A stretch of DNA of 64,000 nucleotides, from NCBI GenBank assembly GCA_964195405.1, contig CAXMPK010000267.1, forward strand, positions 6,602 through 70,601. The letters run 5' to 3'. The stretch is from an uncultured Acidimicrobiia bacterium (GTDB lineage: Bacteria; Actinomycetota; Acidimicrobiia; Spongiisociales; ZC4RG35). Shown here in pieces: positions 1-9,820 of the stretch (positions within the stretch are counted from its first letter, which is position 1; each line of letters begins with the position of its first letter). Below the pieces are notes generated by a model. It was not told the origin of the DNA, did no database searches, and saw nothing but the letters and a program-made list of their open reading frames with translations. The translations under genes were made by a program, and so were the position numbers.

Positions 1-698
1 GCGGTGCCGATGTCGTCGGGAATTCCGTAGATCTGTCGATAGTCGAAGGCCCGCTTGTTGCTCCACGATGAGAAGACGGCCTCGATGGCACCTTGGAGTT
101 GCAGTCGGGGATCGTCGGGCAGTTCACCCGGCCGGTGGTCTTCGATGATGGTTTGGAACATGCGGGTGGCGTGTTCCAGGTCATCTGCGGTCAGTTCTGA
201 GTCGTTGGTGACACCTCGCTTGGTGCGAAGGTTGGGCAGCACCTCCCGAAAGAGGCGATCGTCGATTCCGAGAACAACATCTCCGTACATCTGAACGAAA
301 CGCCGATAGGCGTCCCATGCGAAGTGGGGGTCGCCAGACCACTCGGCGAGGGCGCCGACGACGTCGTCGTTGACGCCGATGTTGAGGATGCTGTCCATCA
401 TTCCCGGCATCGAGATCCGGGCCCCAGAACGAACCGAAAGCAGCAGTGGCACCGGTCCGGATCCGAAGGTCCGATCTGTGGCTTCTTCGAGCCTTTTGAC
501 AGCGTCGTCGACTTCACTCGATAGATCGTTGGGCATCGCACCTGTGGTCATCGCGGTGCGAGAGACCTCGGTTGTGATGGTGAAACCTGACGGAACCGGA
601 AGACCGAGATGGGTCATCTCGGCGAGCCCTGCTCCTTTCCCTCCGAGCAGGTCGCGATCCGCGTAGTCCGCGTCGGCAAAGTCGTACAGATGTGGCAG
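1..698 (-). CDS. ppdK: pyruvate, phosphate dikinase, N-terminal ~232 codons (gene runs off the window start)
   Basis: Absent from the ORF track because it is edge-truncated and has no ATG/GTG/TTG start. My reverse translation reads ..PHLYDFADADYADRDLLGGKGAGLAEMTHLGLPVPSGFTITTEV..LLLSVRSGARISMPGMMDSILNIGVND..FAWDAYRRFVQMYGDVV.., which is the PPDK N-terminus. There is an in-frame stop at 714-716. GGAGGA plus a 5-nt spacer precedes CTG at 696-698. Confidence 0.85.
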   Translation of the reverse strand, partial: MPHLYDFADADYADRDLLGGKGAGLAEMTHLGLPVPSGFTITTEVSRTAMTTGAMPNDLSSEVDDAVKRLEEATDRTFGSGPVPLLLSVRSGARISMPGMMDSILNIGVNDDVVGALAEWSGDPHFAWDAYRRFVQMYGDVVLGIDDRLFREVLPNLRTKRGVTNDSELTADDLEHATRMFQTIIEDHRPGELPDDPRLQLQGAIEAVFSSWSNKRAFDYRQIYGIPDDIGT

Positions 699-739
699 CG
701 GGCTCCTCCAGACCTAGTTGCATCACCCAGATTACCCCA

Positions 740-782
740 GCGTGTGCACCCGAGGCCCTGTGAGGGCCACCCCTGCACACGC
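740..782 (-). terminator. compound hairpin between the META-domain gene and ppdK
   Basis: GCGTGTGCA (740-748) is the perfect reverse complement of TGCACACGC (774-782). An inner GGCCCT/AGGGCC stem has a 3-nt loop. There is no U-tract. Confidence 0.35.
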
Positions 783-1568
783 TCAGGGGTCGGCGCGGTA
801 GATCAGTCCTTCGTCACCGGCCACCCATGTGGTCATCTGGTTTCCTACGATCTCCACTCGAAAACCGCCTTCGAGGGCGCTGATGACACGAGAGTCTTGG
901 GTGGCGAGCTGAGCCGTGCAATCCCCATTGGCGCCGAAGTTGGTGAACTGCACTTCGGGGCCAGTGACGACGTAGGACCCGGATAGGTCGCGGCAACCGG
1001 TCGAACCTATGAACGAGCCATCGGTGAACAGCTCAAGTGTTGCTCGTTCGCCCGACACCGAAGACACCGCGTCGCCCTGAACGAGTCCGTCGAGAACCCA
1101 AACGGTTCCAAGGAGATCGGCGGTGGGGACCGGGGCCAGTGGTTCGAATTCAAGTGTGACCGTAGGACCGGTGAGAGTCAGGTTGGGTGACCCGAGTCCG
1201 ATGTTGTCGACCTCGCCCAATCCCTGGAGGTAGAGACCTTCGGCCACCATCGTCTCAGGAGGCGAGCAGGCCATCTCCGTCGATGAAATCCCGGTCACTC
1301 GAAAGGGCCGATCGATCTCAGCGCCGTAACCGTTGCAAGAAGCAGTCCCACCTACAGCGTCCTCAGCAATGGTCAGTGTGATCGGGTGGGTCTTGACGAT
1401 GGGGATGGGTGTCCCAGCGACCTCGCCCGACACCAGCTGCCATGAACCTTCCAGACTGTCCTCGAAATCATTCCCCAGACAGGCCGTGACCGTCATCGCG
1501 ACCACGGCAAGCAATGCGAATCTTCTGATGAGGTTTGGACGAGCGGCCACGCGACCTGGTTCCCTCAC
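783..1568 (-). CDS. lipoprotein with two META (HslJ-like) domains
   Basis: Signal peptide plus lipobox (..AMTVTAC). Two repeated segments each carry a CNGY/GC..-type Cys pattern typical of META/DUF306. Confidence 0.7.
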   Translation of the reverse strand: MREPGRVAARPNLIRRFALLAVVAMTVTACLGNDFEDSLEGSWQLVSGEVAGTPIPIVKTHPITLTIAEDAVGGTASCNGYGAEIDRPFRVTGISSTEMACSPPETMVAEGLYLQGLGEVDNIGLGSPNLTLTGPTVTLEFEPLAPVPTADLLGTVWVLDGLVQGDAVSSVSGERATLELFTDGSFIGSTGCRDLSGSYVVTGPEVQFTNFGANGDCTAQLATQDSRVISALEGGFRVEIVGNQMTTWVAGDEGLIYRADP

Positions 1569-2452
1569 GCCAACGAGGCCGCCGCTCCGGCGGCAAGCAC
1601 GACCCCTGTCCAGAGATGAAGTTTGGCGGTCAGTTTCAGCGCCCTGATCAGAGCGGCCCCGTCCGTCTTGGCGTAGATGATCCTGACAGGGCCCGTGGCC
1701 AACGGAAATAGAAGTGCGGCGAACAGGGTCTCGAACGGTGTCCAGTCGGCGACAGCGAACACCGCGATGAGTGGAAAGGCTCCATAGACGAGCACAGCGA
1801 ACAGTGTCCGGGTTCGTTTTGGTCCCAGGATGACGGCAAGGGTCCCTTTGCCAGCCTCACGATCGGTGTCGATGTCGCGGTAGTTGTTCGCCACCAAGAT
1901 GGCAGTCACCAACATGCCGATCGGAATAGCAAGGAGCCACGCCGCCAACGGCGCCGTCATGTCATGTACATATCTGGATCCAACGGTCGCTACCAGGCCA
2001 AAGAACACGAAGACAAAGACCTCCCCGAAGCCGCGGTAGCCGTAGGGCATCGGCCCGCCGACGTATCCGAGCATTGCCACCACAGAAGCGGCACCAATCA
2101 CGAGGACCACAGGCCCGGCGATAACCGTCAGTGCCACACCTGACAACGCAGCTACGCCGATTGATAGCCAGGTGGCGGTCCACATCTGTTTCGCTGAGAT
2201 GACACCGAGACTGACCATTCGGGGTGGGCCCAGGCGGTCGGCGGTGTCGGCACCGCGTTTTGCGTCGGATGCGTCGTTGGAGAAATTTGCGGCCACCTGG
2301 ATGGCAAGGGCACCAATCAGAGCCCATATGAATGCGTCCGATCGGAAGGCCTCCTCGCCATACGCGAGACCGGAGCCAACGAGCACCGGGACGACAGCAG
2401 CAGGAAGAGTGTGGGTACGTGCGGCAGTCTTCCAGGCCTGAAATCTGGTCAA
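1565..2452 (-). CDS. menA: 1,4-dihydroxy-2-naphthoate polyprenyltransferase
   Basis: Polytopic UbiA-family protein with the NDASDAKRGADTADRLGPPR motif. It lies next to menB and overlaps the downstream gene by 4 nt. Confidence 0.85.
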   Translation of the reverse strand: MTRFQAWKTAARTHTLPAAVVPVLVGSGLAYGEEAFRSDAFIWALIGALAIQVAANFSNDASDAKRGADTADRLGPPRMVSLGVISAKQMWTATWLSIGVAALSGVALTVIAGPVVLVIGAASVVAMLGYVGGPMPYGYRGFGEVFVFVFFGLVATVGSRYVHDMTAPLAAWLLAIPIGMLVTAILVANNYRDIDTDREAGKGTLAVILGPKRTRTLFAVLVYGAFPLIAVFAVADWTPFETLFAALLFPLATGPVRIIYAKTDGAALIRALKLTAKLHLWTGVVLAAGAAASLA

Positions 2453-2456
2453 CGGC

Positions 2457-3356
2457 TCAGTAGTGCCAGGGATAGTCGGAATAGTCGGCGTCCCGCTTTT
2501 CGAGGAACGAGTCCCGGCCCTCTTGGGCCTCGTCGGTCATGTAGCCGAGTCGGGTCGCCTCACCGGCGAAAATCTGTTGGCCAACAAGGCCGTCATCGAT
2601 CATGTTGAAGGCGAATTTCAACATCCGTTGTGCCGTCGGGCTCTTGGCCGTCACCTCGATGGCCCATTCCAGCGCCACGGATTCGAGATCGTCGTGAGGC
2701 ACCACAGCGTTGACCATTCCCATTTCGTACGCCTCACGCGCCGTGTAGCTACGGCCGAGGAAAAAGATCTCTCTGGCTCGCTTCTGACCGACCTGTCGGG
2801 CCAAGTACGCGGACCCATAGCCGGCGTCATAGGAAGCCACGTCTGCGTCAGTCTGTTTGAAGATGGCGTGCTCATCAGATGCGAGTGTCAGGTCGCAGAC
2901 GACATGAAGGCTGTGACCACCGCCGACAGCCCACCCTGGTACAACAGCGATGACGACCTTGGGCATGAAACGGATGAGACGCTGCACTTCGAGGATGTGG
3001 AGCCGACCGACACGACCAGGATCGACGGTATCGACGTCTTCTCCGTCCGCGTACTTGTAGCCGTCCTTCCCTCGTATTCGTTGGTCGCCGCCAGAGCAAA
3101 ACGCCCAGCCACCGTCTTTGGATGATGGGCCGTTGCCGGTGAGAAGGACGCACCCGACGTCCGTGGTCTGGCGGGCGTGATCGAGAGCGCGGTAAAGCTC
3201 ATCGACGGTGTGCGGTCGAAAGGCGTTGCGGATGTCGGGCCGGTCAAACGCCACCCGCATCACACCTGCTCCGCGGGCGCGGTGATAGGTGATGTCGGTG
3301 AAGTCGAAGCCGGGCACCTCGTCCCAGGCATCAGCGTTGAAGATCTCAGAGACCAC
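2457..3356 (-). CDS. menB: 1,4-dihydroxy-2-naphthoyl-CoA synthase
   Basis: Crotonase fold. Carries the MenB-typical FCSGGDQRIRG..GY and VPGWAVGGGHSLHVVCDLT motifs. Confidence 0.9.
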   Translation of the reverse strand: MVSEIFNADAWDEVPGFDFTDITYHRARGAGVMRVAFDRPDIRNAFRPHTVDELYRALDHARQTTDVGCVLLTGNGPSSKDGGWAFCSGGDQRIRGKDGYKYADGEDVDTVDPGRVGRLHILEVQRLIRFMPKVVIAVVPGWAVGGGHSLHVVCDLTLASDEHAIFKQTDADVASYDAGYGSAYLARQVGQKRAREIFFLGRSYTAREAYEMGMVNAVVPHDDLESVALEWAIEVTAKSPTAQRMLKFAFNMIDDGLVGQQIFAGEATRLGYMTDEAQEGRDSFLEKRDADYSDYPWHY

Positions 3357-3387
3357 GAAGCGAGAGGATACGGGGCAGAATCAGGTT

Positions 3388-4584
3388 GTGATCGAATGGC
3401 TGCGTCGAGTCGACCCTGAGCGGGTGTTTCTGAAGACTGCAGATCGCGTTTGGTCTTATGGAGAAACTGTATCTGAAGTCGCGCAACGGGTCATCGACGA
3501 GGTTGTGACCCTGGTTCCGAAGCTGGATGCCGAGTCGGTGTTCGACTGTCTTGGTGCTATTGCTGGTGGGGGAGCAGTGCTGTTGGGTCCCGCTGTGGAG
3601 ACCTCACCGGAGTCTCCGCCGGAAGGGACTTCTCTGGTGGTTTTCACCTCCGGCACCGGTGGCCGCCCCAAAGGGGTTCGGTTGACGCCGGACAATCTCG
3701 AGGCCGCTTCGGCCGCCTCGATGGAACATCTTGGCCATGACGAGTCCGACACGTGGCTCCTGGCGATGCCTCTTCATCACGTTGCCGGGTTGTCGATCGT
3801 GGTCCGGTCGAGTTTCGCCGGTGGGTCGGTGCGTTTGCTTCCAGGGTTCGATGCCGAAACGTTCTCAGCTGCAATGCGCGGGGATGTGACGATGGTCTCG
3901 GCGGTGCCGACGATGCTTCATCGGATTCTTGACCGGGACTCGGGACCATACGAAGGGTTGCGTGGGGTCCTTGTCGGTGGGGGCCCCATTCCGGATGGGC
4001 TGCTGACGAGGGCCGCGGAAGCTGGTCTGCCTGTTTTGCCCACATATGGGATGACCGAGACCTTTGGCCAGGTGGCAACACTCAAACCGGGTTCGTCCCT
4101 GAAAGGTCGGGCTCATCCACTTCCCGGCGTTGGGCTCCGTATCCAACCGGACGGTCGAATAGCTATCAGTGGTCGTCAGGTCTTCTCTGGATATCTGGGC
4201 GAGCCAGACCGCCGCGACGAATGGTTTGTCACCAATGATCTTGGAGACCTCGATTCCGACGGTGCGCTCAGAGTCGTCGGACGTGACGACGCCGTGATTG
4301 TCACCGGTGGTGAAAATGTCGACCCGGAACAAGTCGAAGTGGAGCTGCTGGCGCACCCAGACGTAGAGGACGTCGTGGTGGTCGGCATAGCTGATGAGAA
4401 GTGGGGTGAGATAGTGGTTGCCCTATATGTGGGTTCGGCAACAGAAACCGAATTGGCCACGGATTTGGGCGAGCGGCTTCCTCGTCACATGGTTCCCACC
4501 AGGTGGGTCAGGGTGGAGGCAATACCGAAAACGGCTCTCGACAAGGTGGATCGGTCAGCGGCTCGGACTTTGGTCAAGCGTTAG
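3388..4584 (+). CDS. menE: o-succinylbenzoate--CoA ligase (AMP-dependent ligase)
   Basis: AMP-binding motif VVFTSGTGGRPKGV and short MenE-like length. It is divergent from menB. The track ORF starts at 3289 but overlaps menB, so the in-frame GTG at 3388 is preferred. Confidence 0.75.
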   Translation: MIEWLRRVDPERVFLKTADRVWSYGETVSEVAQRVIDEVVTLVPKLDAESVFDCLGAIAGGGAVLLGPAVETSPESPPEGTSLVVFTSGTGGRPKGVRLTPDNLEAASAASMEHLGHDESDTWLLAMPLHHVAGLSIVVRSSFAGGSVRLLPGFDAETFSAAMRGDVTMVSAVPTMLHRILDRDSGPYEGLRGVLVGGGPIPDGLLTRAAEAGLPVLPTYGMTETFGQVATLKPGSSLKGRAHPLPGVGLRIQPDGRIAISGRQVFSGYLGEPDRRDEWFVTNDLGDLDSDGALRVVGRDDAVIVTGGENVDPEQVEVELLAHPDVEDVVVVGIADEKWGEIVVALYVGSATETELATDLGERLPRHMVPTRWVRVEAIPKTALDKVDRSAARTLVKR

Positions 4585-6015
4585 AGCCTCCCTCTCTTTG
4601 GACAACCCCCACGCTCCGATGATCGCCGCCAACACCATGATCACGCCGGCAATCAGGAAAATGAGGTGCAATCCGGCCACTTGCGCCATCGGGTCTGCGT
4701 TAGTTGCCCCACCGTCGGGAAGGGTCCCACCGCTGGCCGCGACCACCCGAGTGGCCCAGATCGAACCGAGCACGGCGATCCCCACGATCTGGCCGAGCAG
4801 CCTGGTGAGGTGGAGGAGCCCGCCGGCGACACCCACGTACTCGGCTGGGACGCTTCCCATGATCGCGCTGTTGTTTGGAGACTGGAAGACCCCAATGCCG
4901 ATCCCATAGGGGACGGCGAGCAGCGCAAAGTGGATGGCACTCGACTCTGTGCCCAGGGTGAGGAAGCCAAAGTAGGTGAGGGCGAGGATCGTGAGACCGA
5001 CGAGGGTCAGTCGTCTGACACCGATGCGGTCTGAGAGGGCGCCGGAAAGCGGGGAAACGATGCCCATCATCACCGGGGCCACCGCAAGCAGCAGACCCAT
5101 CGCCAGGACATCGAATCCGAGGACACCAGCCAGGTAGAAGGGCAACAAGATGAAGACAGCCGAAAGACAGACGAAGACGAGCACGCCTGTGACCACGCCC
5201 ACCGTAAGCATTGGGGTCTGGAACAGACGCAGTTCAAGCATTGGTGAGTCGACTCTGAGTTCCACCACTACAAAAGCAACGGCGGCGACAGCAGCCACAC
5301 CGAAGGCGAGGAGGATTCCGGGCGAGGCAAACCCAGCATCTTGACCCACGGTCAGGGCGAGAGAAAGGCTGAAGAGTGACACGCTCATGAGAAGCGCTCC
5401 AACAAAATCGAATGTTTGCCCGGGGATGGGTGAGGTCTTCGGTACGAATCTGACGGCCATCCACGTTCCTACGATCCCGACCGGGATGTTCACCAGGAAG
5501 ATCGCCCGCCAACTAAACGACGAGATCAATATCGCACCAAGCACAGGGCCGATGATGATGCCGATCGACACCGCTGCCATGACCCAGCCAAGCGCTTTCC
5601 CACGCTCGGACTTGGGGAACGCCTCGATCAGTATCGCCGAGCCCAAAGCCAGGATCATCACAGCGCCAAGGGCCTGCACCACCCGGAAACCGATCAGCCA
5701 GGAGACGTCCGGAGCGAGACCACACACTGCCGAGCCAATCGTGAAAACTGAAAACCCGACCGTATAGATCGTTTTTTTCCCGATGACGTCACCCAGTCGC
5801 CCTATTCCCAATGTCAGGGTGGCGATAGTCAACAGGTAGCCAAGGGAAACCCACTGGATCACGTTGAACGTCGTATCCAACTCAGCGACAAGAGTTGGGA
5901 ATGCGACGTTGACTATCGAACCATCGATAGTCGCCAAGAGAATCCCAACAGAAACGGTGCCGAGAACAAACCATTTGCGGCGATCGTCGACGATTGGAGG
6001 CGAAGTGGCGGTCAC
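4555..6015 (-). CDS. MFS transporter, DHA2 (14-TMS, EmrB/QacA-like)
   Basis: Motifs ..LATIDGSIVNVAFP.. and ..GRLGDVIGKK.. with about 14 hydrophobic segments. The likely start is GTG at 6015, which forms a GTGA overlap with the upstream stop. The ORF maximum is 6054. Confidence 0.85.
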   Translation of the reverse strand: MTATSPPIVDDRRKWFVLGTVSVGILLATIDGSIVNVAFPTLVAELDTTFNVIQWVSLGYLLTIATLTLGIGRLGDVIGKKTIYTVGFSVFTIGSAVCGLAPDVSWLIGFRVVQALGAVMILALGSAILIEAFPKSERGKALGWVMAAVSIGIIIGPVLGAILISSFSWRAIFLVNIPVGIVGTWMAVRFVPKTSPIPGQTFDFVGALLMSVSLFSLSLALTVGQDAGFASPGILLAFGVAAVAAVAFVVVELRVDSPMLELRLFQTPMLTVGVVTGVLVFVCLSAVFILLPFYLAGVLGFDVLAMGLLLAVAPVMMGIVSPLSGALSDRIGVRRLTLVGLTILALTYFGFLTLGTESSAIHFALLAVPYGIGIGVFQSPNNSAIMGSVPAEYVGVAGGLLHLTRLLGQIVGIAVLGSIWATRVVAASGGTLPDGGATNADPMAQVAGLHLIFLIAGVIMVLAAIIGAWGLSKEREALTLDQSPSR

Positions 6016-6752
6016 CGACCTGGAGGGTACTGCCGAGTGAGGTATTCCTCCCAAGTTACATGACCAACTGCCTGGTCAGGATTGGTGTGAAGCCCTTCCC
6101 TGAAGGCCCGAGCCGCTTTGCCGGGGACTGGGAGGTTGAGGATGGGACGTTCTCGCCCTTTCGCTTCCATGAGGGTTCGGGCCAGGTATTCAGCGTCGTG
6201 GACTGCCGGACCGGCGAAATCCGGCTGGAGGCCGGTGCGTCGGGTGTGGACCAAGGTCGCCAACTCACCAGCCACCTCGGCGGTGTCCACCGGCTGAAAT
6301 ACGAATCGCTTCGGGATCAGGGCGAGTGGTGGCTTGGCGGCGGCGCCGAGAAAGTAGGCGACGAAGTCGTGGAACTGGGTCGCCCTCAGGATCGTATATG
6401 TGAGATCGGAAGACTCGATCATTTGCTCCACCTGGTATTTGGCTCGGTAGTAGGTGAGAGGATGTCGATCGACGCCCACAATCGACATATAGAAGAGATG
6501 TTGATGGTCAAGTAGATCCAGCAGGTTCGCGGTGCCGGCTATGTCCACCTTTTCCGAATTCCGCGGGTCGGAGGCCAAATGGACAACCAGGTCGGCGTCT
6601 TTGACGACTTCCGCTAACCCTTCGCCAGTTTCGATGTTTGTTCTTGAGTCGCTCGACCGACTTGCGATCGTCAACTCATGCCCGGTCTCGATGAGCAACG
6701 GCACGAGGTTCTGTCCCAGCAGTCCACCGCCGCCGAGGACAGTGACCCTCAT
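6012..6752 (-). CDS. NAD(P)H-binding NmrA/SDR-like protein
   Basis: The MRVTVLGGGGLLGQ Rossmann motif sits at the internal Met. This start forms an ATGA overlap with the upstream O-methyltransferase stop. Confidence 0.7.
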   Translation of the reverse strand: MRVTVLGGGGLLGQNLVPLLIETGHELTIASRSSDSRTNIETGEGLAEVVKDADLVVHLASDPRNSEKVDIAGTANLLDLLDHQHLFYMSIVGVDRHPLTYYRAKYQVEQMIESSDLTYTILRATQFHDFVAYFLGAAAKPPLALIPKRFVFQPVDTAEVAGELATLVHTRRTGLQPDFAGPAVHDAEYLARTLMEAKGRERPILNLPVPGKAARAFREGLHTNPDQAVGHVTWEEYLTRQYPPGR

Positions 6753-7393
6753 GATTTCCTGGCGACAAGCAGACCTCCGCCAACTGGAACCGTGGTGGCT
6801 TGGAACGCTTCGTCCGCAGCCACATGGCGATTGAAAGCGTCCGTGCCAAACCCCTCGTCGATCCAACCCTGACCTGTTCCGTAGACATTGTCGGCGACCA
6901 CCAAACCACCAGGTGCGATCAGCGGTTTCACCATCTCGAAGTAGCCGGTGTACTCACTCTTGACCGCATCGATGAAAACGAAGTCGACAGATTCCGGCCC
7001 AAGCTGTTCCACCAGGACGGGCAATACCTCGAGCGCCGCCCCACGAACGATCTCAACTCGATCGGTGAGCCCTGCGTTTTCGAATTCCTTCTGTGCGAAG
7101 TCGGCATGAAGATCCGAGTACTCGATGGTTACCAGTCGACCGTTTGCGGAAAGGCCTCTGGCGATCCAGATTCCGGAGAAGCCTCCAAGTGTTCCAATCT
7201 CCAAGGCCAGGCTGCCCCTTGTCAGCGAGGCGAGGAGTCTGAGCAGTTGCCCGGCCCCATGGGATATGGCGATGGATGGCAGTCCGGCGTCAACGGCTCT
7301 TCGCATCAGAGTGTCGAGCTGGTCGTCACTCTCTCCGAAGACATCTTTGGGGTAGTCGAGAATGAAACGCCAGCGTTCGTTGGTCATCGCCAT
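6749..7393 (-). CDS. class I SAM-dependent O-methyltransferase (family 3, CCoAOMT-like)
   Basis: Motifs LEIGTLGGFSGIWIA.., ..VDFVFIDA.K..Y and ..GGLVVADN. Confidence 0.8.
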   Translation of the reverse strand: MAMTNERWRFILDYPKDVFGESDDQLDTLMRRAVDAGLPSIAISHGAGQLLRLLASLTRGSLALEIGTLGGFSGIWIARGLSANGRLVTIEYSDLHADFAQKEFENAGLTDRVEIVRGAALEVLPVLVEQLGPESVDFVFIDAVKSEYTGYFEMVKPLIAPGGLVVADNVYGTGQGWIDEGFGTDAFNRHVAADEAFQATTVPVGGGLLVARKS

Positions 7394-7409
7394 GAGTTAA
7401 GGCTAGATA

Positions 7410-7814
7410 TCAGTCGTCGAGTGTGGGCCGACGTCGGCTCTTCTTGACATCGGAACGCGCCTTCTTAGCCTCGGTTCGGCGCTTCTTCGAGGCCTTGGTG
7501 GGATTGGTGGGGGTACGGGGCTTTGGTTCGACCAACGCCGTTTCGATCCGTTCCCTGAGTCTTGTCCGCGCTATTTCCCGATTGCGTGACTGAGATCTTT
7601 GGTCTGAGGCTGTCACCTCGACGACGTTGCCAAGTCTGAGGACCAGCTTCTCCTTCAACTCGATCGGAAGCGACGACTCATCTATGCGAAATCGGAGACG
7701 GACCGTGGTCTCGTTGCGATTGGCGTGCTGGCCTCCGGGACCGCCTGAGGTGTCGAAACTCTCCTCCAACTCGGCTGCCGGGACGATCCAGTCTCCGACC
7801 TGAAGGTCGTCCAT
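7410..7814 (-). CDS. arfB: alternative ribosome-rescue factor / peptidyl-tRNA hydrolase ArfB
   Basis: 134 aa. Has a GGQ motif (SGGPGGQHANRNETTV) and a basic C-terminal tail (KKRRTEAKKARSDVKKSRRR). Confidence 0.85.
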   Translation of the reverse strand: MDDLQVGDWIVPAAELEESFDTSGGPGGQHANRNETTVRLRFRIDESSLPIELKEKLVLRLGNVVEVTASDQRSQSRNREIARTRLRERIETALVEPKPRTPTNPTKASKKRRTEAKKARSDVKKSRRRPTLDD

Positions 7815-7837
7815 TGGCGATCAGCAACCTGATCTCA

Positions 7838-9193
7838 TCAGGCTTGGTCGTAGTACTCGGTGCCGAGGTGGGTGATGAGCTCCTCGCCCATGATGTGACG
7901 AAGGTTGTTCTTGAGCTTGGTGAGTTGGATGAACAGGTCGTTCTCGGGGTAGAGGTCGGGTGCGTGTTGTGGGCTCTTGAAGTAGAAGCTCAGCCACTCC
8001 TGGACACCGCTTCTACCCGCTCGGGCTGCCAAATCCATGAACAGCGCCAGGTCGAGCACGATCGGCGCCGCAAGGATCGAGTCCTTGCAGAGGAAGTCGA
8101 CCTTGATCTGCATTGGATAGCCGAGCCACCCTTTGATGTCGATGTGGTCCCAACCCTCTTTGTCGTCACCCTTTGGTGGGTAGTAATTGATTCTGACCTT
8201 GTGGTAGATATCTCCATATAGCTCCGGGTAGACGTCCGGTTGGAGGATGTGTTCGAGGACACCGAGTTTGGAGACCTCCTTCGACCTGAAACTGTCCGGA
8301 TCGTCGAGCACTTCGCCGTCCCTGTTTCCGAGAATGTTGGTCGAGAACCAGCCTTCGATACCCAACATCCGAGCCTTGAGACCGGGAGCGATCATGGTCT
8401 TCATCAACGTTTGACCCGTTTTGAAGTCTTTGCCGACGATGGGGAGGTTTTCCTGGGAGGCGAGGTCGACCATGGCAGGGATGTCCACTGTCAGGTTGGG
8501 GGCCCCGTTCGCAAAGGGGACGCCCATCTTGAGCAGGGCATATGCGTAAACCTGTGATGGGGTGATGTGGGAGTCGTCATCTTTGAGACCTTGCTCGAAT
8601 GCGTCGAGGTCCATGTGCACTTCCGACGGCTCCTCGTAGGCTTCGGTCGAACCACACCAAACTGCGACGAGACGGTCGACTTCTTTGTCGGCCCTGAACC
8701 GGTCGATGTCCTCCATCAGCAATTCGGCCCGGTCCATGTGATTGTCGGCTTCTATGACCTGATCCACACCCTCGAGATTTCTCACCCATCGCGGTGAGAA
8801 GACGGCGGGCATCGGTCTTACCGCTCGTAGCTCTTCGCCGATTCCTTCGATCTCGCGGGCGTCGAGAACTCCGGCTTTCATCGCGGCCGTATACGCATCG
8901 TCGGAGTATGGGTCCCAACCGCCGAATTCGAGATCGTCGAGGTCGGCCAAAGGGACCAAGTCTTTGATCAGGGGGTTGTGATCCTCGGTTCGTTTGCCGA
9001 GACGGATGTGGGCCATCTGACTCAATGAGCCGATCGGAGTTGCATACCCCTTACGGGCGGCGAGGACGCCAGCGATGAACGTGGTGGAAACCGCACCCAT
9101 TCCGGGCATCAAGATGCCGAGTTTGCCTTCGGCGGGGGCGACTTGTGGTGATTGGGACATTGATTCTGCGGCTGACGTTACCGGGGTGGACAT
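7838..9193 (-). CDS. ino1: inositol-3-phosphate synthase
   Basis: Motifs ..GILMPGMGAVSTTFIAG.. and ..NILGNRDG... The length is MIPS-like. The start is either 9193 (ATG) or 9220. Confidence 0.85.
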   Translation of the reverse strand: MSTPVTSAAESMSQSPQVAPAEGKLGILMPGMGAVSTTFIAGVLAARKGYATPIGSLSQMAHIRLGKRTEDHNPLIKDLVPLADLDDLEFGGWDPYSDDAYTAAMKAGVLDAREIEGIGEELRAVRPMPAVFSPRWVRNLEGVDQVIEADNHMDRAELLMEDIDRFRADKEVDRLVAVWCGSTEAYEEPSEVHMDLDAFEQGLKDDDSHITPSQVYAYALLKMGVPFANGAPNLTVDIPAMVDLASQENLPIVGKDFKTGQTLMKTMIAPGLKARMLGIEGWFSTNILGNRDGEVLDDPDSFRSKEVSKLGVLEHILQPDVYPELYGDIYHKVRINYYPPKGDDKEGWDHIDIKGWLGYPMQIKVDFLCKDSILAAPIVLDLALFMDLAARAGRSGVQEWLSFYFKSPQHAPDLYPENDLFIQLTKLKNNLRHIMGEELITHLGTEYYDQA

Positions 9194-9246
9194 GTTGCGC
9201 TCAATCCCACCCGAGCGCACACGCTCGGGTCGTTAGGCTCGATGCC

Positions 9247-9708
9247 GTGGACTCCGCGCCCGACTCTCTTGGCCCCTCGGTCGATGTCGCGCTGCTGGCT
9301 GATGCGGTCCAGGCCGTGCGCGGCAAGCTCTTCATTCTTGGTGGGGGATGGGACACACTCTGGGTACACAGGTTTCCGGCGCGTCACCCCAGCCTGGCGA
9401 TAGGCCTGCGGTTGCGTGTGCCCGTGTCGTGGGCAAAAGAGGAGCTGAAGCTCTCTGTCGAGCTGCAAGATGCGGACGGTCACCCCCTGTTGCCACGTCC
9501 TCTCTCACACGACATCAAGCTGCCCACGCAGTCTCAACACCCGCCAAACGCTACCGACTTCGGGTTGATCCGATCTTTCACCTTCAACAACCTCATGTTC
9601 GAGCGAGAGGACGCATATTCGTTTGTCATCTCGGTCGATGGGGAGCCTGTCTCGCGACTCAGATTCACCGTGCGTGCCCGACGCCCCAAGACCGTGGAAA
9701 CCGAGTAG
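9247..9708 (+). CDS. hypothetical protein
   Basis: Protein-like ORF divergent from ino1. The first non-overlapping in-frame start is GTG at 9247. I recognise no family with confidence. Confidence 0.5.
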   Translation: MDSAPDSLGPSVDVALLADAVQAVRGKLFILGGGWDTLWVHRFPARHPSLAIGLRLRVPVSWAKEELKLSVELQDADGHPLLPRPLSHDIKLPTQSQHPPNATDFGLIRSFTFNNLMFEREDAYSFVISVDGEPVSRLRFTVRARRPKTVETE

Positions 9709-9820
9709 CGGCCTGCGCCCCCACCGGGGGTTGTTGGCATAACGTGAACACCCGCATAGCCTTCTAGCCCTCAGGGACGACCAGGTCCGTCCCATCTCCC
9801 CATCTGCCCACGGAGGCTTC

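Noticed and set aside
9709-9820. Possible cyclic-di-AMP (ydaO-type) riboswitch upstream of the M23 peptidase. I also checked upstream of the LysM-M23 gene at 28715-28760.
   Set aside because: I could not find the conserved ydaO sequence blocks. The second spacer is only 46 nt, which is too short.
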